A stretch of DNA of 37,676 bases from a virus: IMG/VR virus record IMGVR_UViG_3300038701_003025, positions 1 to 37,676 of that record. One strand, written 5' to 3'. The notes under the pieces are model-generated. The model did not search any database. It was not told where the DNA came from and saw only the letters and a list, made by a program, of their open reading frames with translations. Of this stretch, positions 1-6,491 are shown piece after piece (position 1 is the first letter of the stretch; every line of letters starts with the position of its first letter). The position numbers were made by a program, and so were the translations under genes.

Positions 1-349
1 TAAATTCTTCATTAATATAGTGTAAAGCATACTCACTTTTCTTAACAGCTTCTAAACATATTTCAGGAGTTTGCTTTTCAACATACTTTAAAGCATGTCC
101 ATATTTTTTAACAGCTGCTAAGCATATCTTAGGAGTTTGTTCTTTAACATAACGTAAAGCATGTCCATTTCGCTTAACAGCCGCTAGACATATTTCAGGA
201 GTTTGCTTTTTAACATGTTGTAAAGCATTTCCAAATTCTTTAACAGCTTCTAGGCATATTTCGGGAGTTTGCTTTTCAACATGTTGTAAAGCATAGCCGT
301 TTTTTTTAACAGCTTCTAAACAATAGTCGTAATCATTCCATTTACTCAT
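1..349 (-). CDS. DUF4116-type 22-aa tandem-repeat protein, paralog 2, N-terminal part (ORF continues across the window junction into 37553..37623; about 139 aa in total)
   Basis: ATG at 349..347 overlaps the upstream stop (ATGAGTAA). Manual translation MSKWNDYDYCLEAVKKNGYALQHVEKQTPEICLEAVK... parallels ORF 751..1434. Absent from the track because it runs off the window edge. Confidence 0.75.
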   Translation of the reverse strand, partial: MSKWNDYDYCLEAVKKNGYALQHVEKQTPEICLEAVKEFGNALQHVKKQTPEICLAAVKRNGHALRYVKEQTPKICLAAVKKYGHALKYVEKQTPEICLEAVKKSEYALHYINEEF

Positions 350-554
350 TTCTACCTACTTTTAATTTTTTTAAAACGGTTTTGCGCTTAAAATCAACCA
401 TGTAAGTAGTGTGTTTAACCCCCGGATGAGAGTCTGCCTCCCATCGGAATATTTTATAACCGTTTTCTAAATAGAAAAACTTATCGTCCGAATAAATGAC
501 ATTATATGGCTCATTTTTAAAAAATACGGTTATTTGATTTTTTTTAGATTGCAT
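342..554 (-). CDS. hypothetical protein (70 aa)
   Basis: Track ORF 342..575 trimmed to the ATG at 554, which is preceded by GGGAGG. Overlaps the upstream stop. No domain recognised. Confidence 0.6.
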   Translation of the reverse strand: MQSKKNQITVFFKNEPYNVIYSDDKFFYLENGYKIFRWEADSHPGVKHTTYMVDFKRKTVLKKLKVGRNE

Positions 555-741
555 TGTTTTTCCTCCCATTTTCAATTTTTAAAAATGCCAAGTACAATTC
601 TGCATGGGCTTCGCTATCATTTTTATGTTTTTCTATTAATTCTTTATCCTGGTCAGCTTTAGCCCATTTAGAAAAATCGTCTGAAAACATGTAGAAATGG
701 TCAAAACCAGAAATTAATTTATCATAAGTATCTAATGGCAT
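544..741 (-). CDS. hypothetical protein (65 aa)
   Basis: AAGGAG lies just upstream of the ATG at 741, directly after the stop of 751..1434. No domain recognised. Confidence 0.6.
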   Translation of the reverse strand: MPLDTYDKLISGFDHFYMFSDDFSKWAKADQDKELIEKHKNDSEAHAELYLAFLKIENGRKNNAI

Positions 742-750
742 ATTTACTCC

Positions 751-1434
751 TTAGTTATCTTTAATATAGTTTAACATTTCTAAGTTATATTTGCAAGCTT
801 TAAGTAAAAACTTTTTAGTTTTAAATTCTTTTTTAACATACTTTAGAGCACCTTCCTCTTCTTTAACAGCCTTTAAGCATATTTCAGGGGTTTGCTCTTT
901 AACATATTCTAAAGCATTTCCATTTCGCTTAACAGCCGCTAAACAGATTTCAGGTGTTTGCTTTTTAACATATTGTAAAGCAAACCCATCTTGCTTAACA
1001 GCTTCTAAACATAATTCAGGGGTTTGATTTTCAACATATTGTAAAGCATAACCATTTCGTTTAACAGCCGCTAAGCGTATTTCAGGAGTTTGCTTTTTAA
1101 CGTATTGTAAAGCATACCCATTTTCCTTAACAGCCGCTAAACAGATTTCAGGAGTTTGCTTTTTAACATGCCTTAAAGCATAGCCGTTTTCTTTAACAGC
1201 TTCTAGGCATATTTCAGGAGTTTGCTTTTTAACATATTCTAAAGCATAACCATTTCGTTTAACAGCCGCTAAACAGATTTCAGGAGTTTGCTTTTTAACA
1301 TGCCTTAAAGCATAGCCGTTTTCTTTAACAGCTTCTAGGCATATTTCAGGAGTTTGCTTTATAACATATTCTAAAGCATGTCCACATTGCTTAACAGCTT
1401 CTAAACAATATTTATAATCATCCCACTTACTCAT
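751..1434 (-). CDS. DUF4116-type tandem-repeat protein, paralog 1 (227 aa)
   Basis: Consists of a 26-aa head (MSKWDDYKYC...), 8 units of 22 aa (QTPEICLxAVKxNGYALxYVKK) and a 25-aa tail. The unit matches my recollection of the Pfam DUF4116 repeat. Confidence 0.85.
   Translation of the reverse strand: MSKWDDYKYCLEAVKQCGHALEYVIKQTPEICLEAVKENGYALRHVKKQTPEICLAAVKRNGYALEYVKKQTPEICLEAVKENGYALRHVKKQTPEICLAAVKENGYALQYVKKQTPEIRLAAVKRNGYALQYVENQTPELCLEAVKQDGFALQYVKKQTPEICLAAVKRNGNALEYVKEQTPEICLKAVKEEEGALKYVKKEFKTKKFLLKACKYNLEMLNYIKDN
829..1356. repeat. 66-bp (22-codon) coding tandem repeat array, 8 units, with a 132-bp higher-order duplication
   Basis: 1127..1228 is identical to 1259..1360 (about 100 bp perfect; 121 bp with one mismatch). 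The remaining units are diverged copies. Confidence 0.9.
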
Positions 1435-1460
1435 GGTCTTTCCTTATTTTTTAAAGCGGT

Positions 1461-1709
1461 TTAGAACGGCTGACCTGCAATAGCAATATCTCTTACAACC
1501 CGGTCAAGAGCGTCCATGTCCAGATAAGCATCGGCATAGTATACGTCGTCAGGAGTTTGCGCGATACCTTTTTTATGCAGCTTTAAAACTAGTTCACGAT
1601 AGTCTTTACAATAAAAACACAGGTCGTGCATGCTCTCATCGTTTTGTAGCCATAAAGCTACGTTCCAAGTCTCATAGTTTTTCCAGCCGTTGTACTTTTT
1701 AGATTCCAT
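1461..1709 (-). CDS. hypothetical protein (82 aa) with WKNYETWNVALWL motif
   Basis: Track ORF 1461..1751 trimmed to the in-frame ATG at 1709, preceded by GGAGGA. The Trp-rich motif recurs in phage proteins of unknown function. Confidence 0.6.
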   Translation of the reverse strand: MESKKYNGWKNYETWNVALWLQNDESMHDLCFYCKDYRELVLKLHKKGIAQTPDDVYYADAYLDMDALDRVVRDIAIAGQPF

Positions 1710-1923
1710 GTGATTCCTCCTCGAACATTCCAGTAAAGTGCATAATGCCATAAAAAACAGCGCTTATCAATAATAAAACAAGTCCCGTAGGAATATTTAT
1801 TAAGAGCGAAAACGCTCCCAAGGTGCCTGAAAGTAGGCAAGTTCCAGCTAGAACCAGCCCTCTAAAAAAGGGGCTTTCGTACAAGTAAAAACAAAATAAT
1901 AATAGCAAAGCCAGCCAAAACAT
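1699..1923 (-). CDS. small membrane protein (74 aa, 2-3 predicted TM helices)
   Basis: Hydrophobic throughout. Its ATG is coupled to the upstream stop (TAATG at 1921..1925). Preferred over the overlapping track ORF 1658..1840. Confidence 0.5.
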   Translation of the reverse strand: MFWLALLLLFCFYLYESPFFRGLVLAGTCLLSGTLGAFSLLINIPTGLVLLLISAVFYGIMHFTGMFEEESHGI

Positions 1924-2075
1924 TATTTACTTTCCTTAATAAGTTTTTGAAATTGTTTCTTAGTATTGAGAAGCTTAAAATAGTAGGCGGTTTCAATATT
2001 TGGACCGCGTTTTTCAATTTCTCTGTCAATTGCATTTAATATTTGAGTAATTTTCTCATTGGTTATGTTATTCAT
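1923..2075 (-). CDS. small hypothetical protein (50 aa), below track threshold
   Basis: AAGGAGAT RBS, then ATG at 2075. Manual translation MNNITNEKITQILNAIDREIEKRGPNIETAYYFKLLNTKKQFQKLIKESK. Its stop overlaps the next ATG. Confidence 0.55.
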   Translation of the reverse strand: MNNITNEKITQILNAIDREIEKRGPNIETAYYFKLLNTKKQFQKLIKESK

Positions 2076-2104
2076 GTTATCTCCTTAGTTGTTTTTAGTA
2101 TACA

Positions 2105-2287
2105 CTATTTATTATTTTTTGCAAGCGGTTTAGCTTTTTTATTTAATTTTTTATTTTTATTGTAATTGTGCCTTGCTGCATACTTAATGTAATAGCTCTC
2201 ACCTTCTTCTTTTCCCATACTATCTTTAAAATAGTTCATCAAGTGGATAGGTGCTTCTTCTTCGTTTACAATTTCGTTCCAGTCCAT
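2105..2287 (-). CDS. hypothetical protein (60 aa; acidic N-terminus, Lys-rich C-terminus)
   Basis: Track ORF 2105..2311 trimmed to the ATG at 2287 (MDWNE...), preceded by AAGGAGAAAAA. Confidence 0.55.
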   Translation of the reverse strand: MDWNEIVNEEEAPIHLMNYFKDSMGKEEGESYYIKYAARHNYNKNKKLNKKAKPLAKNNK

Positions 2288-2297
2288 TTTTTCTCCT

Positions 2298-2450
2298 TTA
2301 TTGGTTATCAATTGCGTTCATACGCTGTTCTAAGTGCTTTTTAATCCCTAAATGGGCGTCTGGTCCCTTGTCTACAAACGCTCCAAATAAAGCCATTGCA
2401 GCGCTAAATAGTAGGACAATTAGTAGTGAATCAAAGTTTTTCTTATGCAT
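2298..2450 (-). CDS. small membrane or secreted protein (50 aa), first gene of the leftward arm, below track threshold
   Basis: AAGGAG RBS, then ATG at 2450. Manual translation MHKKNFDSLLIVLLFSAAMALFGAFVDKGPDAHLGIKKHLEQRMNAIDNQ, with a basic N-terminus followed by a hydrophobic helix. Confidence 0.55.
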   Translation of the reverse strand: MHKKNFDSLLIVLLFSAAMALFGAFVDKGPDAHLGIKKHLEQRMNAIDNQ

Positions 2451-2480
2451 GGTAGCTCCTTAGTGTTAATCTCTGTATCC

Positions 2481-2508
2481 AGTTTAACAGATATCGGAAT
2501 TATTGCAA
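2481..2508 (-). promoter_or_regulatory. candidate sigma70-type early promoter for the leftward arm
   Basis: On the minus strand: TTGCAA (2508..2503), 16-nt spacer, TAAACT (2486..2481). It lies about 30 nt upstream of the first leftward RBS. Confidence 0.4.
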
Positions 2509-2599
2509 GCTTTATAACCAGGAAAATGTCTAATTGCGCTATTAAAATTTAAAATTCGCCTTATTCCCATTACTTAGAGATAGTATTAATATAGAACTA

Positions 2600-2608
2600 T
2601 GGTATATA
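2600..2608 (+). promoter_or_regulatory. candidate extended -10 element (TGgTATATA)
   Basis: Shares the 10-mer CTATGGTATA with the element at 2829..2838. No good -35. Confidence 0.3.
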
Positions 2609-2831
2609 TTAAACTCTAAACCGATCATTCAACCAGGTAATTGTCACCTTAACCTTAACTTATAGAGGCTTTTCTGGAGACCTCTAACCAGGAATGAGTC
2701 TGTAATATTATAGCGCGGGTTAAAATTAAAAAGCGGCTTAGCTTTTCAAGCTCTAAATTATTGAAATTACTATCATAATTAAACTTTTTTCCTGGTTTCT
2801 TAATTTTTTAATATTCCTGAATTTATATCTA

Positions 2832-2840
2832 TGGTATAAT
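2832..2840 (+). promoter_or_regulatory. candidate extended -10 promoter (TGgTATAAT) reading rightward into the C-rich tract
   Basis: Perfect TGnTATAAT with AT-rich upstream DNA. The predicted TSS is near 2847, about 770 nt before the first + strand gene. Confidence 0.4.
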
Positions 2841-3584
2841 ATTTAGTATATTCCAATACATACAGAATTATATATTGAATAGCATTCGTTAGAATGCACA
2901 GGTGAAAGGGTCTTACGACCCGTCACTTACTTGAAAGCACTGGCGAATACTAGAATATTCTATAATACTTACCCCCCGGAGAATGCGCTGGATTGTTCTT
3001 AATGTGCCAGAGGATTCTAATGGCACTCTCCAACGCTCTCCAGACCACTCTAAAACTCTCCAAAACACTCCAAACTCCTGGGGAATACTCTGCCCAGAAA
3101 GAACTCTCCTAAAGCTCTCTAAAACACGCCCCCCGGTAGAATGTAAGGGGGGTACGAAAAGAGAGAGGGGAGAGTGTTCTGGGGAGAGGGCATACTACCC
3201 TAAGCACTCTCTAAGTCCTCTAAGCACCCTAAACCCCCCTCCCCCATAATTCTAGCCCTAGAACACTTTCTAGCAGCCTCCCCCCCGGTAACTCTCCTAG
3301 CACCCCTTAGCACATAACCGCTTTTAAAATTTGCCCCTGCGCCATTTAAAATTAAAAAGCGCCACAAACCCTGCACCGCATCCAAAACCTGGCTCAGATC
3401 GAATATATGAGCGTTAGAGCCTTACCTGGACAGAAAGCACTGCTCTAGCACAAAAAACGCCTTGCCTAGCAACACGGTAGGCAAATTACCTTAAACCAAA
3501 ATAGGCGATATTAGAGACTGTCAAAAAATCAGACACTTTATTAACTCCGACTATTAATTGCTAGAAAAAAAGGCTTGACAGCGT

Positions 3585-3613
3585 TTGACCGCTGCTAATA
3601 TTTCTGCTAGTAT
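3585..3613 (+). promoter_or_regulatory. candidate late/rightward promoter giving a leaderless mRNA
   Basis: TTGACC (3585..3590), 17-nt spacer, TGcTAGTAT (-10 at 3608..3613), 6 nt, then ATG at 3620. No Shine-Dalgarno sequence. Confidence 0.5.
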
Positions 3614-3619
3614 GTACAA

Positions 3620-4198
3620 ATGTCTGAAAAATCAAAAAACGCATTAGATTTTGAAAAAGAAAAGCTCAGATTAGAATATCTATTTGAGTCAAATATAGAC
3701 CTGGCTGGGAGAATTATCCGAATTACCGGTCCAATAGGCGATCAGACCTATGAGGAATTCGACTCCCAGCTATCCGAACTAGAACGAATGAATACGAGAA
3801 AAACCATTTTCGTAAGGATTAACTCTCCCGGCGGCTCCGTTTATGATGCACTGGCTATAGTAGGTAGAATGAAAGCCTCCTCGTGCCCAATTGTGACTGA
3901 AGCCTATGGTCATGTAATGAGTGCCGCCACTTTAATCCTTGCTTCTGGAAAACGCCGTAAAATGAGCCGCTTTGCGATGTTCATGCACCACAAATCCCAA
4001 TACATGGTTGGAGGGTCGCACGACGAGGTCGTAGATGAAGTTAGGCAGCAAGAAAGGGAAGAAAAACTCTGGAGTGAATGGATGAGCGAATTTTCCAAGA
4101 AAAGCCCCCAATTCTGGAGTACGGCAGCCAAAAAGAAAAACTACTATGCAACAGCCCAGGAATGTTTAGACCTAGGCGTTATTGACGAGATAATATGA
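3620..4198 (+). CDS. ClpP-like (S14 family) serine peptidase, probable prohead protease
   Basis: Motifs INSPGGSV, GHVMSAATLILASG (Ser) and MFMHH (His). First gene of the structural arm. Confidence 0.7.
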   Translation: MSEKSKNALDFEKEKLRLEYLFESNIDLAGRIIRITGPIGDQTYEEFDSQLSELERMNTRKTIFVRINSPGGSVYDALAIVGRMKASSCPIVTEAYGHVMSAATLILASGKRRKMSRFAMFMHHKSQYMVGGSHDEVVDEVRQQEREEKLWSEWMSEFSKKSPQFWSTAAKKKNYYATAQECLDLGVIDEII

Positions 4199-4371
4199 AG
4201 CATAAAATCAAGAATATTAAGGATTATCAAGCGCTTTTAAAATTTGTAGCCGTAAATGCGCACAATCTCCTCCTGGACTCCCATATACCAGGTGAGCAGG
4301 CGCACACGGCTAGTGAGTTTATGAAAAAGTGTAAGGAAATCGTAGAACAATTGGATAAATTAGATGAGTGA
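4195..4371 (+). CDS. small hypothetical protein (58 aa), below track threshold
   Basis: ATGA overlap with the ClpP-like stop and an 8-nt overlap with the next start. Manual translation MKHKIKNIKDYQALLKFVAVNAHNLLLDSHIPGEQAHTASEFMKKCKEIVEQLDKLDE. Confidence 0.5.
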   Translation: MKHKIKNIKDYQALLKFVAVNAHNLLLDSHIPGEQAHTASEFMKKCKEIVEQLDKLDE

Positions 4372-4819
4372 TAGCAATATCGACCCAGAAAAGCTTAACC
4401 GGGCTAAAGAACTGTATTTTCAGTACACGCCCGTAACCCAAATTGCCAAGGAAACGGGAATCAAGCGATCTTCCGTCCAGTATCACGTTATGAGGCGCTG
4501 GAAACAAGAGCGATTAATGGCTAAGCAAGACCTTATGAGCGCCCTTATTGAGGGGAAAGAGGAGCAATTAAGCCGTATTACAGATTATAGCGTAAAAGCG
4601 TTAGAAAAAGCGCTTAAGGCTATTGCCGTTCGCCCAGAGCCACCCTCCGTTGTAGAGGCTAGAAACATTGTCACTATCCTGGACAAAGTAGATCAAATTG
4701 TAACCAAAGATAGGGAAATAGACCGCCAAGAAAAAGAGGGTAGAGAAGAAGAAGCGCCTACCTCTTTAGAAGAAATTAAAAAGAGCCTTGCTTCAGACCC
4801 TTTTTCTAATCTTTCATGA
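4364..4819 (+). CDS. terminase small subunit (putative)
   Basis: 151 aa, coupled to TerL by an ATGA overlap. HTH-like segment TPVTQIAKETGIKRSSVQYHV. Confidence 0.6.
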   Translation: MSDSNIDPEKLNRAKELYFQYTPVTQIAKETGIKRSSVQYHVMRRWKQERLMAKQDLMSALIEGKEEQLSRITDYSVKALEKALKAIAVRPEPPSVVEARNIVTILDKVDQIVTKDREIDRQEKEGREEEAPTSLEEIKKSLASDPFSNLS

Positions 4820-6237
4820 CAGTAAATTACAAAGCCGTTCAAATTCTTGAGGAAATGCACCAAAACTGGAAGCCCCACGGCGGGCAGGTTGAGGCTCTTA
4901 AGCCCGTTATTGCAGACGGCTTTGATACCGCCTTTATTTCTTCTGGTCGTAAGTGGGGAAAGACTGAAACTGCCTTATATGCCTTATGGAGACATGCGCT
5001 TTTAAATCCTGGCTCAGCTTGTTACTATATTACGCCTGAAATGACCCACGGTAGGGAAATTATTTGGAATAACGGACGTTTAAAGCGTTTTGGACCCGAT
5101 AAATATGTGCTAAAGGTCTTAAATAATGAATCGCGGATGGTTTTTAAAAACGGCTCTTTCATTAAAATTGTTGGTTCGGAAAACTGGGGAGCAGCTAACG
5201 GACTTACTCCAGATTTCGTCGTATATGATGAATTTAAAGAGTTTCACCCTCAGTTCCATACTGAAATGAATCCTAACCGACTGGTACGGAAAGCGCCGCT
5301 TGTTATTATCGGGACGCCCCCGACTTCCATGAGCCGTAATATTGACCAGTATATGGACTATAAAGAAGAGTGCGAATCGGACGAAGATAAGGTATTTATC
5401 CGCCAACCCTCCTGGTCTAACCCGCACGTTGATCGAAAGTGGTTGGAAAAAGAAAAAGAGCGCCTTTTTAAATTAGGTGATGAAAATATTTGGTATAGGG
5501 AATATGAGGCTAAGATCGTACCTGGTGGACGTTCCGCAATCTTTCCAATGTTTAACCGCGAGCGTCATTTAATATCAGATAACGATTTACGGCGCTTTGT
5601 TAAGCGAGAAGGGCGCAAACTCGACTGGTATTGTGGAACAGACCCCGCTACAGTCTCAGTATTCGGCGGACTTATCGTAGGTATTCATCCGTTTACAAAA
5701 CATATATACGTTTTTTCTGAATTGTATGAAAAAGACCGGGCTAAAACCAGTATCCGCCTAATTTACCCTAAGCTAGAAAGCCTAATGTACAAATGGCAGC
5801 CCTATAGCTCTATCCATGACGACTGGTATAAGGTTTATGACGAGCACGAGGCATGGTTTTCTAACGAAGTTATGAGCCAGTATGGCGTTTATTTTTCCCC
5901 CAGTCATAAAAACCTAAATAAGAGGGATGATGGAATTAACTTGCTACGAGATATCTTTACCCACGACCTTATACACATAAGCGATGAATGTATTTCCCTG
6001 GTTACTGAAATTGAGGCGTATCATAGAGACGGCGAGAAAATAAAAAAGGGAAAAGATCACTTAATTGACACCTTACGCTATATCCTAGCTCACAATAGTT
6101 ATAATATGGTAGAAGCTTTAGAGCGTAAAGAAGTTCAAGAAAGACCCGACCGGGGAATGAGAAAACTTAAGGACGATTTAGATGAACTATACGAAAACAA
6201 TGTTGACTGGATGTCAAACTGGGAGCAAAAAATATGA
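4816..6237 (+). CDS. terminase large subunit
   Basis: Walker A SGRKWGKT and Walker B VVYDEF, plus C-terminal nuclease-type motifs (GTDPA, DHLIDTLRY). Confidence 0.85.
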   Translation: MTVNYKAVQILEEMHQNWKPHGGQVEALKPVIADGFDTAFISSGRKWGKTETALYALWRHALLNPGSACYYITPEMTHGREIIWNNGRLKRFGPDKYVLKVLNNESRMVFKNGSFIKIVGSENWGAANGLTPDFVVYDEFKEFHPQFHTEMNPNRLVRKAPLVIIGTPPTSMSRNIDQYMDYKEECESDEDKVFIRQPSWSNPHVDRKWLEKEKERLFKLGDENIWYREYEAKIVPGGRSAIFPMFNRERHLISDNDLRRFVKREGRKLDWYCGTDPATVSVFGGLIVGIHPFTKHIYVFSELYEKDRAKTSIRLIYPKLESLMYKWQPYSSIHDDWYKVYDEHEAWFSNEVMSQYGVYFSPSHKNLNKRDDGINLLRDIFTHDLIHISDECISLVTEIEAYHRDGEKIKKGKDHLIDTLRYILAHNSYNMVEALERKEVQERPDRGMRKLKDDLDELYENNVDWMSNWEQKI

Positions 6238-6482
6238 ATGACATTATAACCTATTCTCTTTTAGGCGTTTTTATTATTTTAAGCGTTATTAATCTTGTTT
6301 GCAGCCTTTTTTGCATGATTAAATTAATGGCGTTTGAAAAATCTACTCACCAAGTACAGTATGTGCCGATAGACCCCGAGTTTGAAAAAGAATCGGAGAA
6401 ACAATTAGAAGAAGTTAACAAGCGGTTTAAAGAATATGTAGAAGAAGACTTTTCAGATATATTACAGGAACAATCAATATAA
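6234..6482 (+). CDS. hypothetical protein with N-terminal TM helix (82 aa)
   Basis: ATGA coupling to TerL. Hydrophobic segment YSLLGVFIILSVINLVCSLFCMI followed by an acidic tail. Confidence 0.55.
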   Translation: MNDIITYSLLGVFIILSVINLVCSLFCMIKLMAFEKSTHQVQYVPIDPEFEKESEKQLEEVNKRFKEYVEEDFSDILQEQSI

Positions 6483-6491
6483 GGATAAATT

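Larger units (their letters stand above)
2451..3619. other. 1.17-kb ORF-free divergent control region (candidate origin, genome terminus and/or ncRNA locus)
   Basis: No credible ORF on either strand; track ORFs 2983..3249 and 3200..3385 are low-complexity. An AT-rich left part (2451..2880) is followed by a C-rich part (2970..3400) unlike the rest of the genome. Confidence 0.7.

Noticed and set aside
791-1027. Track ORF on the + strand (78 aa) inside the repeat gene.
   Set aside because: It is antisense to a clearly coding repeat array, is itself a low-complexity mirror of the repeats, and has no RBS.
829-1356. Regular 66-bp repeats that might be mistaken for a CRISPR array.
   Set aside because: The units are contiguous with no unique spacers. 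They stay in one open reading frame and encode a 22-aa protein repeat. No cas genes or leader are present.
2251-2463. Track ORF on the + strand (70 aa).
   Set aside because: It has no RBS and opposes the operon direction. The same DNA holds two minus-strand ORFs with AAGGAG RBSs and precise coupling (2105..2287 and 2298..2450).
2880-2930. Possible tRNA or tmRNA-like gene, suggested by two adjacent hairpins.
   Set aside because: There is no cloverleaf, no T-loop GTTCRA box, no D-loop GG and no acceptor pairing.
3147-3190. Potential + strand G-quadruplex: G6, 14-nt loop, G4, 10-nt loop, G4, 4-nt loop, G3.
   Set aside because: Two loops exceed 7 nt, and the same G-runs are better explained by Watson-Crick pairing with the flanking C-rich segments. 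It cannot be supported without biophysics.
2983-3385. Track ORFs 2983..3249 (+) and 3200..3385 (-) in the C-rich tract.
   Set aside because: Their translations are low-complexity (poly-Pro, Gly/Arg-rich). The RBS spacing is unusable (GGAG 1 nt from the ATG). They mirror the nucleotide repeats rather than protein-like composition.
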